From: Rhina ancylostomus
Lineage: Eukaryota
NCBI GenBank assembly: GCA_030265395.1
Contig: JARFYF010000112.1
Coordinates: 65,892,514-65,956,513, forward strand
Length of the DNA stretch: 64,000 nucleotides
Direction of reading: 5' to 3'
The stretch's first letter is position 1, and each line of letters begins with the position of its first letter. The translations under genes were made by a program, and so were the position numbers. The notes under the pieces are model-generated. The model was not told where the DNA came from. It saw only the letters and a list, made by a program, of their open reading frames with translations, and did no database searches. Positions 12,133 through 25,399 of this stretch are shown piece by piece.

Positions 12133-12446
12133 ATAGAGTCAGTACAGGATGGAAACACTCCCTTCGGCCCAACTCGTCCATGCCAACTGTGTTGCCCAGT
12201 GAGTTAGTCCCATCTGCCCACATTTGGCCCATAGCCCTCTAAATCTCTCCTATCCATGGACTTATCTAGATGGCTTTTAAATGTTACTAATGTGGCTGCC
12301 TCAATCACTATTTCTGGCAGCTCATTCCAAATATACATCACCCTTTGCGTGAAGAAGCTGCCCCTGATGTCCCTTTTAAATCTCTCGCTATTGATTTTAA
12401 ACCTATACCCTCTTATTTTTAGCACTGCTTCCCTGGGAAAAAGGCC
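12133..12446 (-). mobile_element. CR1-type LINE 3' end (ORF2 C-terminus plus tail)
   Basis: ORF 12204-12425 'RGYRFKINSERFKRDIRGSFFTQRVMYIWNELPEIVIEA...FKSHLDK' is the canonical CR1 ORF2 C-terminus; tail 'ccttcggcccaac'. Confidence 0.9.
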
Positions 12447-12754
12447 TAGTCCTTGAAAGAATAGTGGTGAGCCACCATTTTAAATCAAAGCACTATATGT
12501 GATGAAAGCACTCTCATAAGGGTTGGGTAGAAGTTCCAGAGTTGAGATCCATTGATGCTGGAGAAGTAATAATATCTGTGTGAGTTAGGATTATGTATGA
12601 CTTGGAGAAGAACTGCAGAATGCCACCATTTGCAGATGGTGGCACTTCATCTGTTNNNNNNNNNNNNNNNNNNNNNNNNNNNNNNNNNNNNNNNNNNNNN
12701 NNNNNNNNNNNNNNNNNNNNNNNNNNNNNNNNNNNNNNNNNNNNNNNNNNNNNN

Positions 12755-12959
12755 NGTAGGTTTACTCTAGAGCAGTCCTGTGTTCTCTATTCCTTTGTGA
12801 GGATCCAGTTCGTGTTGGGATTCCTCTTCTGAGCTCCGAGGCAAGATTCCTTCCAGTTACTACCTGTGTTTGTCCTGAGGAGGTATCCTGTCTTCAGTCT
12901 TGTATCAGTGTGCAGCATTTGGGTTCTCTGTGAGTTTGCTCTGGATCAACATTGTGACA
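12755..12959. mobile_element. LTR copy (other end lost in the 12656-12754 gap), same family as 27431-27747
   Basis: Near-identical to 27604-27747 ('tgggattcctcttctga...ggcaagattccttccagtta...ctggatcaacattgtgaca'). Similarity stops exactly at TGACA. Confidence 0.75.
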
Positions 12960-14899
12960 GTGCAATTGAAGAATCCTTGGCAAGCTATTTCAATATTTTT
13001 CATAGGTTGTACTCACTGCAGCCTTGGAGCATTGGTGGTGGGTGGAATGTATTTTTAAGGTTGAGCATTGGGTAGAAATCAAGTCAGTAGCTTTGAGTTG
13101 GATGGAATCAAATTTCTGGAGTGACATAGCAACTGTAGTCAACTGCAGTAAGTGACTGGTTCTTGAAACTGCAGCATCAATGCAGGTGGACCACTTCGGT
13201 TTCTGGTTAATAATGAGGTCAAGAATGTTGATGATGGGGGTCTCAGCAATGATAATGCCATATCAAGAATGGGTAGCTGATTTCTCTCTTGCCAGAGATG
13301 CACATTGCCTGGGACGTGCAGCACAAAATACTGTCCTTTTTCAGCAATGTTTTGGGCCAAGGACAATATCCTGAGGGCCTTCCGCAGTGATTTCTTACAC
13401 TGAAATAATTAAGCTTCAGTCGCAGCCATCCTCCTACATGCTAAATTTGACTCCAACCAATGGAGATTGTTTTCCCCTTGATTCCCATGTTAACTTCAAT
13501 TTTACCAGGACTTGCATCTCATTTAATTAATTGAGACTTCTGGATTACAAAACCAATATTTTTGCACGATTACCATTGAATGGGAGAATGAAAAGAGAGT
13601 ATGCAGAACAGGATTAGATGCTGAAAAATGGAGGAGTTGTGGGGGTGGGGGTAGAATAGCTGTCTGCAGGAAAGTATAGCTGATCATGGTATTCAGAAGT
13701 AATTATCCTAATTTTTGTGGACCTGACATACAGTACCTACTGACAATTTGACATATTGCTGATAGATGCCAGTGCCGTAACATTCCTGGGAACAGCTTAA
13801 TTAGAGGAATGGCTTGTTCCAGATCACATCTTTTGTACTACACTCAGGAGGCTGTTTAATCCGTTAGCTTTTGCTGCATCCAGGACTCTCCAAGCATGTC
13901 TTGATATGATATGGAGTGAATGGAATTGGCAGGGGACAGACTTGTAAGATGGTAGGGATCTCAGGAGGAAGTCACTTGGCACTACTGGTTGAAGGTGGTT
14001 ACAAATATTTCAGTTTTGCCTTTTATATTCAAATACTGAACCCTATGGTTTTGAGGATGTGCTGTTCTTGGAAGTTCTTTTTCCTGTCAGCTATTTTGTT
14101 GTCCACTACAATTTACAATTAAATGTGGGAGGACTGCAAAGTTTTAATCTTATCCATTGGTTGTGGGTTTGCTTATTTGTCTTTTGCATGCTGTTTGATG
14201 ATTAGCACCCATGTGCTCCTATGTTGCTGCCTTGCCAGGTTGGGACCTCAGTTTAGGTATGTGTGGCATGGCCTCCTGCACTCATCATTGAACCAGGTTT
14301 GATTGTAATACTAAAGTGAGGGATATGCCAGACCATGAGGTTACAGGTAGCACAGAAAGGAGACTTTGCCAAAAGAAGTATATGGTGCTCAGTTATACCA
14401 AAGCTGTAATGGATAGGTGATTCTACAACAGGTAGACCAGTGAGTAGGAGACCAAGTAGATATATCTTTGGTTTTGATATTTGCTCACTTGCCACAGACC
14501 TAGTCTGGCAATATTTTTCTTCAGAACTTCGCCAGCTCTGTCAGGGGTGGTGCTACTATGATAAAACAGAATTACACAAGATGAACCTCCAACTTCTACT
14601 GAGGCACTAGATCTCTGGTGAATCTATTATACCATAAGGACAGGGTGTTTACAAGAGTGTGATGAAAGGGACTGGCACACATTCTATACGGTATAGTTCT
14701 TTCAGCACAACTGTGTCAGGCTGTTGCTGGATTACTCTGACTAATTTAAGTACCAGTCCCTAGATCTTTCTCGGTATGCTTTTGCAAAGTTGACTGGACT
14801 GGGAGCAACTCTACTGTGCCCAGATTTAGTGCCTTGGTAGAAGACGGAGTTTCATCTTATGTTATATGTTTTATCATAGTGGTTTTAATACAATTGAAT

Positions 14900-15110
14900 A
14901 ATGTAATGGCCTATTTCAGAGGCCAGTCAAAGACCTGTCCCAGGTAAAGATAACAAATATCCTTCACTAAAGGACATTAGTGAACCAGATGGGTTTTAAA
15001 ATTTTTAATTGACTTAATTTTATATTCCCCAGCTGCCCTGATGGGCTTTGAAATCATGTGTTTGGATGTTTGGTCTGGACCTTCATATCATTAATCTGAT
15101 AATTTAATCA
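14900..15110 (-). mobile_element. SINE (same family as 10060-10275)
   Basis: 'ccttcactaaaggacattagtgaaccagatgggtttt' core and a tRNA-like head on the reverse strand. Confidence 0.55.
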
Positions 15111-16326
15111 CAGTTCCTTCTATGTTCAGCTTTCCTGTGAACTGTGGTATAACTTGTGACACTGAATACGAGAGAGTGGAATCACATTCCTGCTGTTGAC
15201 TTCTGCTTTTGCCTTTTCCCTCTTGCTGTGGGAAATATGATCACTCTGTGCATCCTTACATTCAGCAAGGGATCAGAAAATGTAGGGGCAGCTTCGGCGT
15301 AATCACCTGTTCATTTTTCTTTTCTCTTTTGCAGTTCAGGTAACTCCGGAGAACATCAATTGTAATGCTTGCATTGTGCTTTTAAATGCCTGAGCTAAAA
15401 CTGAGTTGTCTATATCTTCATTGTGCTTGTTCTGCCTTACTGGTTGACAAACCTGGAACTAATATGTTAATGGAGTGACCGATTTAAAACTACTTCAAAC
15501 CATGCAGAAAAATATCACATATCCATGCCTCAATATCTCAATTTCAGATAATTTTGTGATATGTTGGATCGATTGCTCCATTCCTGCTGCAAGCAGTTAT
15601 CGTTACATTTTGTTCAATCTCACGATAACGTCACTTGGGGTCAAAACTAAATAGTTCTTCCCAAGAACATTTAATATTAGTTCCCAAATTTAGTAATGGT
15701 TTGCAAAGTTCTGTCATGATTTCTGCCCTGATGTTATCCAGATGCTGAGCTGGAAAATTAATCTCAAAAAGTATGTACATCATTTGGGCATGTACAATTC
15801 TCCTTTTCTTTACTAATCTGTCCTGCAGTATAAATATACAATGATATCAAGGGGAGTCAACACAACCTTGGAATCATTGTAATAACTGAGTTTTTAAACC
15901 CAGACAGCCATTTTTTTATTACAGATTTTCTGAATCTGTAAAGTGAAACATTGCCCTTCAGTGCTCATATCAGTAAGTTATTGGCAGAAACTCTAAATAT
16001 GGAGCACTTTTCTTTCCTAAGTAACACTTACAATCTTAAAATTTCCTTGAAGTAAGGTATTCTGTTAAAAATGATAACAGTTGGAAACTGGCAGTGAAAT
16101 CTTTAATGATAAATGAATATGGGGAAAAAAGTTGTAATAAATATTGCATGACGCTTTCAAGTGATTCCACATATCAGAATGGATTTCTTAAAGGAACTGG
16201 TACACATGTTCTTCTCATATTGAGGGGATTTGAGAAACCTACAGAACAATTTTGAGTTTAATTTTTCAAAAACTTGTTAGCCCTGGAAGAGTAATGAAAA
16301 TATAGTTGTAATGTTATATTTTGCAG

Positions 16327-16386
16327 ACCATGGCAGAACTGAAAGAAAGAGAAGCTAAATATCAATCAAAGTCATCGCCAAAATAG
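16327..16386 (+). CDS. Candidate additional small coding exon of the FSIP2-like gene (TMAELKEREAKYQSKSSPK*); exon would end at donor 16406
   Basis: Acceptor 'ttatattttgcag|acc' is phase 0 and compatible with a donor 'gtg|gtatga' at 11092/11093. Downstream donor 'aaag|gtgata' at 16406/16407. Prediction only. Confidence 0.35.
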   Translation, partial: TMAELKEREAKYQSKSSPK

Positions 16387-16679
16387 AGTTCAGAAGTTCC
16401 ATAAAGGTGATATACCTAAAACAACTGCTGTTTGTTCTGTACAACACTGCTACTCCAGAGGGCCTTGCATGATGTACTAAGCTACTTAATAGAATTTTCA
16501 ATGTCAGTGATTTTATCTTTTATATAATTATCCTTTTAAAAAGAATTGCTCTCAGTTCCACCTGACTCTCTATTGCTACTATAGTGTGCTTGAGAGGGAG
16601 GGGAAAGCCTAGGTTTGTGCTTCTCAAACACGTCATGACTGATGTAGAATATTAGTCTTTCTTACCTCAAGTAGTTTTA

Positions 16680-16818
16680 TGTGTCCAAGGGAATTAAGGA
16701 ATGTGGTAATTGGGTGGGAATGTGGAATTGGGGTAAAATATAACCCACTATATTGATGAACAATGGAGCTCTGTGGGCCATGTGGCCCTTTTCTGCTTTT
16801 GTTTTTATGTTCCTATGA
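16680..16818 (+). mobile_element. CR1-type 3' tail
   Basis: 'aagggaattaaggaatgtgg...gggccatgtggcccttttctgct...ttatgttcctatg'. Confidence 0.6.
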
Positions 16819-17346
16819 TGGATGCTTCAAATGGGAGTTCTGGCCCTACATGCTATTTGTGTTATTACGTGCAACACATTTGCTTGTGATGTCTGTGCCA
16901 ACTGGGGCAATCCCAATGGACTGCTGTGTTCTCATTGCTTTATGCCATCTGGTTAGGGGTACCTTGGTGCAGTTTATTCAGAATTCCCTCTGAAATGACA
17001 GCTCTTTGTTTCCTTCCAATGACAATAATAATGGGAGTGAATTATTTCAATTCATATTGCCAGAAAAGAAGATGCTGTGTTAAATGTCTACTCATCATTT
17101 GCCTCAACTCAGTACTTTTATGGCTAGGACATAAGAAAAAAGGTTGACTACACATTTAAATAATTCTAATAACACTGAATTTTATGGAAGTTAAGTTTAT
17201 AAGCAGCAAGAACCATATGAATGTTGAAAATATCTAGAAGTACAAGCTACCATTGTACCTATCTCATTTTTGTACTTGTTATTCATGAATCAGATAGGAA
17301 GTAAAAAGCCTGTCATTGTCAACAGTTGTCTTTTTTTTCTTCACAG

Positions 17347-17420
17347 GTTGACTATCAACAGGATTACAGCTGGATTACAGAAATGTAGTATCAAATAAAG
17401 CTAACCATCTCAGATAACTG
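17347..17420 (+). other. Candidate non-coding terminal exon with poly(A) signal
   Basis: Strong acceptor 'ttttttttcttcacag|g' at 17346/17347, AATAAA at 17394-17399, and T/GT-rich sequence downstream. Confidence 0.3.
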
Positions 17421-20002
17421 TCTTTGATATTTTACTTCCTGTATTATTCTAAACATTATCAGTGCAAGCACATAGAATTGAGGTTTTAGGATTACAAATG
17501 TTGCCTATTCTCCTCAGGATGCTAAGTGCCAAGATGATGGGTAAATGAGCTTCAGTTTATAAAGCAGAAATACTGGATACAGAGTAAGGCAGCGTTCAAA
17601 AATTACTGAACTTAGGAAAGAAAGTGTGGAAATACTCAGCAGGTCAGAAAGAAACAAATTTAACATTTCAGGTCAATGACCAAGCTCAGGGTCACTGACC
17701 ATCAAAAGGGACAAAGGTCTAAGCTGTGTATCCAGCACATTGCAGACCACCAGAATGTCTTACTCATCCAAGTGCTTTGACTCTCTGTACTAGCTATGGT
17801 TGTTGATCTAGCCATCAGAATGCCTCTATCCATTCCATTCTTATCTGCAGCTGATGTTCCAAGAAACTCCCCCCAGTCCATCCCCCCCACCTTATGGTAC
17901 AGGTACATGGAATGTTCTCTGCTTTCTCAGAGTGGTATTATAGATTCTGCCCTGAAAGAACAGAGGGCAGGATGATTCGGGTAACAATACTGTTGCCCAG
18001 AAATTGAATGTTTTTTTTGTGCACGAAACAGCCATTGAATTTAATACCCACACCCATTCAGGTGTTCCACAAAAAAAATAACAAAAGTGCCCTAAAAGAC
18101 ATTTGAAACACTTAAAAAGATTTATACCCTGAAATAGGATCAGCACAGTTCCCAAATCTTACTCAATTAGCACAATTCCAACAATCTGCTGTGCACCAAA
18201 AATAGAAGGCCATCAACCCCCTAAAGCTATGCAGCCCATTATTAATTACGTTGCCCCAGTTAATAATAGTTTTAAGAAAGCTGAGTACTGACACAGCAGA
18301 TAGTTGGTATGATCAAGAGAAAGTAATAAAACTTTTATATACAAGATGTTAGGGAAAGAAAGCCATAGCCAGTATTAACAGTCAAAGCTGCAACAAGTTT
18401 CCATTCAACAGAGGAATCCTAAGCTGCCTACTGATTCTTAAAGAAGCAATAAGTATTACAGCAGGAAAGAGCAGCTGTAGGGGTTAGGAAGAGAGGGTGC
18501 TCCACAGTTCATTCTGTGGGACATAGAAGTTTTTTCTAATAAGCTGGGTAATAATGGGCTGGGAAGGAGGCTCTATGTGCTGGTTGGGGGTTCAGAAGAG
18601 TAGGGCAGTTACCAAGTAAGCTGCCAGGGCTACCAATTGAAGAGCAAGAGGTGGCTGGGAATGTCAGCTAGCAGTGAGATTCCCCGAGCTATGAAGTAAA
18701 TCCAGAAAAAAAATCATAACATTGTTAATGGAACTAAGTAACGTAAACTCCAGCAGATTTATACAATCATGGTTTGTTAGGTTTTCATTTTTGGTACATG
18801 GATAATTCATGGTTTCCCCATCATTGTTTTCAGAGTAGCAAAGCCAAAATTCTATTTAGAAACTTACTGTTGAATCTCCATTTGCTGCCTGTCTACCACC
18901 AGCCTTATCATACACTTCTTTTAGGCATTCAAGGCAACAACTCAAAAAGTAGGTGGGTGCTTCATGATTGTGTGTGGATTGAAGTCCATTTATGTTTCCT
19001 GGTATATACATTGAATAAGAGCAGATGTAAGGATAGGTAATACATCATCAATTTGATTTGTGATCATCTTCATTCAAATTGAATATGACTGCAAGTTTGG
19101 ATGAACCTTCAAATTCTCAAACTTTAAAGTGTACATAATTTGCATTACCAGTATTAAGTCATCATTTTCAATTACCATAAAGCAGTTAATAAACAAAAAT
19201 GACAAAATTTGATGTTTCTTTAGTTTCATACATTGTGTTGAGTCTTGATAGCAGAAAGTCAACAGATGCTATTTTTATCTGTAACTATCATACTTTATTT
19301 ATACAACAAAAATTCCACACAGCTATCAAAATAGATGTACTGCCTGATTGCAAGTTGCATAGACTGTATCTATGTACCACATTCTGGGATGAAGTTATGC
19401 CTTTGACCTTAAAGCTCTTTGTAATTTACCTGAATGTTTGTTTTCAGAATGAGGGATAAAGCAGAAATTTCTCAATTGTCCTGCTGGTTAGTAAAATGCC
19501 TGCTGCGGTTCTGGATGTCCAGAAGTGGACAATGAGGAAGGGTGTTATTTGGCTTAGCTGTGGTTAACCACTATCCAATATTTGTCAAGTCTTATGACTT
19601 TGCTGCCATTTTGATGAAGTATAGAGGCTTCTGGTACCTGTGAACTTGACCTACCGTCGGTCAGCAATAAGAACTATTTAAAGTAGCGGGTGAGTGGTGG
19701 GATTCATATAACTTTTGACATCTGAAGGGCGTTCATTGCGTGTTTTAAAATCAAATTGTTCAGCAAAGAAGCCAGTCAAAAAAATTATTTGAGCTAATAT
19801 CAATATCAGTGGCAATGGAAGAAATATACTTTAATATTGAACTGTACCCATAAAGCTTAACAATTTTGTTTAGAATGAGCAAGAAATGTATCAACATGAT
19901 TTGACATTTTTGAAGTGGAAACTGCTAGAACTTGTTTGGAAAGATGATGACCACCGAAGAAAACTTGCTCTGAAGTAGTCCTTCTGCTGAAATTTCACAG
20001 TA

Positions 20003-20243
20003 CAGTGTCCCCCCACGTTACACAGTTGAGGTTATAGAAATTCACCCTTATGGAATTCACAAATCACTACCAAAAATTTGAGATGAAAAACAACTTGCTC
20101 TTACAGAATTATCTGAGAACTAAATAAACACAAAGTGTGGAAGAAACAGCAAATTTTGTCAATTGTTGTCAAGTATTCACATTATGGAAAATCATAATAT
20201 ATTTTTCTAGGAACATGGTCCCTCCATAACATGGGTGGTACTG
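20003..20243. mobile_element. Tc1/mariner (Tigger-like) MITE, degraded
   Basis: Left end TA|cagtgtccccccacgtta; the right end reverse-complements to cagtaccacccatgtta, an imperfect TIR starting CAGT. Confidence 0.5.
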
Positions 20244-20719
20244 AATCTGAGCCATTGCTATAACATGAATTAGCAGAATCCCTTGAAAGATGATGGAATT
20301 AGCTGCAACAAAAAAGCTCTAAGGCTACAAGAGCTATTGGAAGCCCCATCAATGGAATGGTTCCTCCCATGACTTTTATTTTGTTAGTCAATTTCACCTC
20401 TTTGCCACAAAGTATATAGTACAAAATATTTTATATAAGTGTTGGGAGGAATCAAGATCACAAGGTGAACTTCCAGAAGGTTTTCCTAACCTTCTGTAAC
20501 TTTGTTAGGTATAAATGACCAGTTTCAGAACCCATCAGGAAACTGAATAAATGACTTTTACTCATTAACAACTTTTCTCTGGTGTTTCTCTTCCTGCCAG
20601 AGAAACCCTGTAGATATTCCAGCATAGCAACAATAGAACAATATACTTTCTTCCAATCAAAACTTACGCAGACCATGGTGATTGAAAGACTATTTTAAGG
20701 CCCAAGTCATTTGCTGATC

Positions 20720-21050
20720 TCATTGAAACACAAAATTCCTATGTGCGAGAAGCAGGGATGATGTATCACCCGGCAGAGGTGATTTGAACCAAATGTGACA
20801 GTGCCAAAGTAAGGGATAGGCCATTCTGATCAGAGATGAGAAGACATTTCTTCACCAGAGGTTAATGAATCTTTGGAATTCTCGACCGAGAACGGCTGTG
20901 GAGGCTCAGTCGCTGAGTATGTTCAAGACAGATCTCTTTAGACTTCTAGGTATGAATAGAATTAAAGAATATGGGGTTAGTACAGGAAAGTGGCATTAAA
21001 GGGAAAGAAATGAACTATGATCATGGCCTCCTCGTGCTTCTATTTCTCTT
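20720..21050 (+). mobile_element. CR1-type LINE 3' fragment
   Basis: 'ctcattgaaacac...gagatgagaagacatttcttcaccagaggttaatgaatctttggaattct...ggctgtggaggctcagtc', the ORF2 C-terminal FFTQRV..LWN motif. Confidence 0.75.
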
Positions 21051-22519
21051 GAATCAATCTTAAATCATGTTTCAAACTTCCCTTCAGAAAAAATGCACCT
21101 CATTTCAAAACTCAAGTGATTTACTAAAGATAGGGGTTGCAAGCCAATTTTGTTGTTGCACAATACATTCATAGTCATGGGCTCAGTGTCCCTGGAAACT
21201 CCCTCAGCATTCCCAGAAGCATTAAAGTTATGTTTATGTTATTGTATTGCCTCTGAAGTAGTAGAACATATATATTTGCAGCTAATTTTGGAATTGCACA
21301 TATGATATATCTGTCCTGTAAATAGACAAGTTATATGGTGCAGTTTCTTCTTATCACTATGAATAAATTAAAAAACATAAGTGTCGAAGAAAGTGTGCTG
21401 GTGTTTTTTTTTATTGATGCTGTCCTATTCTGTATTTCCCACATTCTTTGTAATACAATGGCAAGATAAAAAGTAGCTTCTGTCCTGGAAACATTCCAGA
21501 TGTAGTAATTTAGCATGAGATCACCAGTTACATTACTAGTTTAAAAATCCATATTGAAAGATTCTGGCTCCTAGGGTCTTCCTTCTTAATTGACCTAGGC
21601 TAAAATGCCAAAAACGTAGGCAATCGTCATCAAACATTATTTTCTTCTGTAAAGTTATCCTCCTCTCCCACCTAAATCCCTATGGTTGGGTGTCTGAAGT
21701 TTCAACAACGTCGCTTATTCCTTTTATCTCCCAAAATCAAATTTTCTCAATAACACTGTTCACATTACAAAAACTTTTGGATTACTTCTCTGATTTTCCT
21801 TCCATGCTCTCCTATCTCAGAAGGCTGCGCTCCCACTCTAGTTTCCTCAAAGACCCAGCTTGCAACAACAAACCATTGCACTTCAAAACAACTAAACCTG
21901 TTTAAAATTGTTCATAGGGTGACAGGAAAATTTGAAGTTTACAACTGCTCGAGGTCCTCAGAATGGCCCCAGCTCTGTACGGCCCATTATTTATTTTTTA
22001 AGTGAAGGCACTGATGTTATCTGGACAAATGCATGAATCAATTTCCTACAAAATTCCCCATTAATCCATTGGTGTTAATTATGAATAAATGTTGCCCAGA
22101 AAACCAAATGTCTCCTGTTAATTCAGAGATTAGCCATGAGTAACAGTAAAAATGTTTTTTCCTCCTCCTACACATTTGCTTCAGACATACTTTTATTTCC
22201 TTGTCCAAGAATGTGGGAACCACAGCTGATACAATTTTAATAACAACATCCCAGTATAAACACATTCGGAATTGACAAAAATATCATTGTACAATTTACT
22301 TACTAACTAGCTAATAACCTAAAATTTCTACATTATTTATGGTAGTTACTTCAGTCCATTAAAAAAACATCTTACTTATGCATTTACCTTAGTGCATTGG
22401 ATGTTTACTGGGGCAGGTTATTATGTGGTAGATGAGGAGGGGCTGGAATTTTAGGAAGGAAATTTAGAAGATTGTGCTTTCTTGTGTGATGTGGAGTGTT
22501 ACTTCAACCACATGCTTCT

Positions 22520-22770
22520 TTTAGGCTGTGAAGGAGTCTTTTTTGTTCTTGAACCATTGAAGTCATTGTGGTGAAGACAGAACTACTGAGCTCCTAGTAA
22601 AGAGTTCCAGTATTTAGACCCATTGACAATGAAGGTGATATATTTCCAAGTCAGGATAGTGTGCAACTTAGAGGGGTATTTGCAGGTGGTGGTATTTTTA
22701 TGCAGCTGATATCCATGCCTTTCTCTTTGGGCAAGATTGTGGGTTTGTGAGTTACCAATAAAATAGCCCT
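22520..22770 (-). mobile_element. Old LINE tail fragment (family of 6065 and 12075)
   Basis: 'gagttccagtatttagacccattgacaatgaagg...gaggggtatttgcaggtggtggt' matches ~6200-6270 and ~12530-12640. Confidence 0.55.
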
Positions 22771-22999
22771 ANNNNNNNNNNNNNNNNNNNNNNNNNNNNN
22801 NNNNNNNNNNNNNNNNNNNNNNNNNNNNNNNNNNNNNNNNNNNNNNNNNNNNNNNNNNNNNNNNNNNNNNNNNNNNNNNNNNNNNNNNNNNNNNNNNNNN
22901 NNNNNNNNNNNNNNNNNNNNNNNNNNNNNNNNNNNNNNNNNNNNNNNNNNNNNNNNNNNNNNNNNNNNNNNNNNNNNNNACTGATTTGGACTCACTACC

Positions 23000-23433
23000 C
23001 GAGGGAGGATATAAGTGCAAAAGAGTAAGTATGGAGGTTATTGTCCTACAAGGAGAGAATTAGCAGAGCTTAGAAGAATGGGAGGTGATCTCATTGAAAC
23101 ATACAAAATTATTGCAGAGCTTGTTAGGCAGATGCAGCATGGAGCGTTCTGCAGTAGACATCGGAGTGTAAAAATGAGCTATCAGTCCATCAGGACTGAG
23201 ATAAGCAATTTTTTCACCCAGAGGGTAGTAAATCTTTAGAGGGCTGTGAATGTTCAGTCACTTCGTATCTTTAAGACAAAGATTTTTAGATATTAAGAGA
23301 ATGAAGGGGTATGAGTGTTAGTCGAGTAGTGTGGTGCTGAGGTAAAAGAAGATTAGCCATGACTTTACTGAAAGTTTGAAGCAGCAGGGAGGCAGAAAAT
23401 TCCCTAACTTTGCTTCTACATCTCATGTTCTTA
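23000..23433 (+). mobile_element. CR1-type LINE 3' fragment
   Basis: ORF 23015-23239 'LRRMGGDLIETYKII...RTEISNFFTQRVVNL'. Confidence 0.85.
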
Positions 23434-25399
23434 CTTGTCAGTGACAACTAAATCTGCAAATGAAGTTAAATCAGATCTGACAGGCTCATTAAAATATTTC
23501 TGTGCTGTATCTCTCTATAACTCTACAATTCATATTGTAAATCTGCCTCTAGTTAGTGCAAATGCTTTCCTTTCCTTTGTGCCTGATTGGCAAAACATGG
23601 CAGCAGTTGGATGGAACTGGTTATCCAACAATTTCAGAATCATTTCCAATTTAACCACCTGCCCACATTCAAGGATATTCTTATGTCTTGGCCCACTTTG
23701 AGTTAAGTTGCTTCACTCTAGTGATCCTCATTATGTGGCTTAACAATTTCTTTCAGTAGCGAATGTAACTTACTATGATCAAATTCAAATTGAAAGAAGA
23801 CACTATATTAATGGAAAATCATTATTCATTAGCTAATAGCTTTTCACTTTACAGGGGAATTGATCAGCAAAGGACTATGCGATTACTTAACTTTAATACA
23901 AAGCATCTCCTCCTTGCAAATGAGTTTTGAAAGTAAATGAATCTATTATTAGCTTCATAGTAGAATAAAGATCTCATTGCACACTGAGAACTGGTTATTA
24001 AGTATTCTTGGTGCCTAATGGCAAATGGATGTTTTCATATTTGTTTAGATTATCAATTATTTTTCCTTTGTCCATTATCCCATGTAATCCAGAGGTCCAC
24101 AATAGCCATGGTAACCCATTTTAGATTAACAATTCACATTAATGGTTGCATTCATTTCTTAGAGTTCTAAATGCATTCTACTTTCTAGTCCTGAATAATT
24201 CGTAGAAAAATATATTTCCAGACAGAGATGGTATTATTTGCATTCTAGAATAAAAGTGAATAGCATAATAAAGAAAAATATATGCAATACCACAGCCCCA
24301 TTTGTGTTGGAGTCCAGTTAAACAAAGTCTGCACAAATCCCTAATGTAACCAAACCTTCAGTCAAGACTTTGTTCAGAGTAAACTTCTGTATTGCAATTC
24401 AGTAAAGTACTTATACTTAAACAACAAAGTCAGGCTTGGAAATGATAAAATTAGGAGACACAGCAGTTCTGAAAAGAGTACTGCTGTAATAAATAAACAG
24501 AGATGTCGCCAATTTTTGCCTGAAGGGAGAGGCTGATTTAGAAACTTCAGGTGTGTGATTAGAGTTGTTTCAAAGAGCTCTGCCTTCTTTGTTGAAAATG
24601 CAGGTAAGAATGGTGACCATGCGAAAGAACAGTTATATCTAAAATCCCTGGTAGGAGCTTACTGGATGAAAAATGTTGGACATCAGGGTAGATTCTTACA
24701 GGTCTGCATATGATTAAATAAGAAAGAAGTTTAGTGATATCGGGAGATGGCCACAATAAATGTATAATTTTGCGCAAAAGAACACTTTACCTTTAAACAA
24801 ATAATGGATCTAATGAAAAAAGTTTATTTGTTAGTACCTCAGAAATAAATGTTGAAAAGCGTGCAGAGGATTGATTTCCTTTTGCTACACATATAAAAGC
24901 TGAATGACTTGCATATCTGATGTCTTTTATATTGGCTCTGGTAATCAGAAGATAGCTATCTCACCTGTTGCAGAGATGTTGGCTCAAGAGCCAGATATTT
25001 TTTTTATATGCTCAGTAGATTGCCTTAAAACTAAAATATCATGACTCCTGCTTGGTGAATAGGCATTGTCTAATGCTGATTGGTCACAGACAAACTGCAA
25101 GCTAAAGCAAGTTGTTGAAGATTAATGCGTGTTTTACACAGGAAAGCAGGCTATTGCAGGAGGAAATGGTTCTGCTAGTGCTCAACTGAAAGGCACAAAC
25201 CTTATGTTGCTTGCATGTTTGTTGAGGCGTCTTTTCCAGGATTGATTGAGTCAGCTCAGCTGCAACAATGGACCAGGTACTATGACTCAATAAAAGCCTT
25301 CTGTACTTTTGAGGGTGGAGACTCCCACCTCCCCAGTGCCTCTGTCCTATCTGTGAATGACTACCTCAGTCACAGCCAGGCTGAGTAAAATAAGTTGGG

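Larger units (their letters stand above)
12075..14900 (-). mobile_element. Old LINE remnant (CR1/L2 group) with nested CR1 and LTR insertions
   Basis: Tail 'ggacatcactggcaaaggcaatgtctgttgcccatccacaattg' is split and resumes as 'ccttgaaagaatagtggtgagcc' at ~12451. The body is collinear with 6065-8010. Confidence 0.55.

Noticed and set aside
17620-17705. Possible hammerhead ribozyme in short Penelope pseudo-LTR-like repeats (also ~25860, ~28960, ~42260, ~59450)
   Set aside because: The catalytic cores (CTGATGA...GAAA) are degenerate in every copy I could read; at most these are dead remnants.
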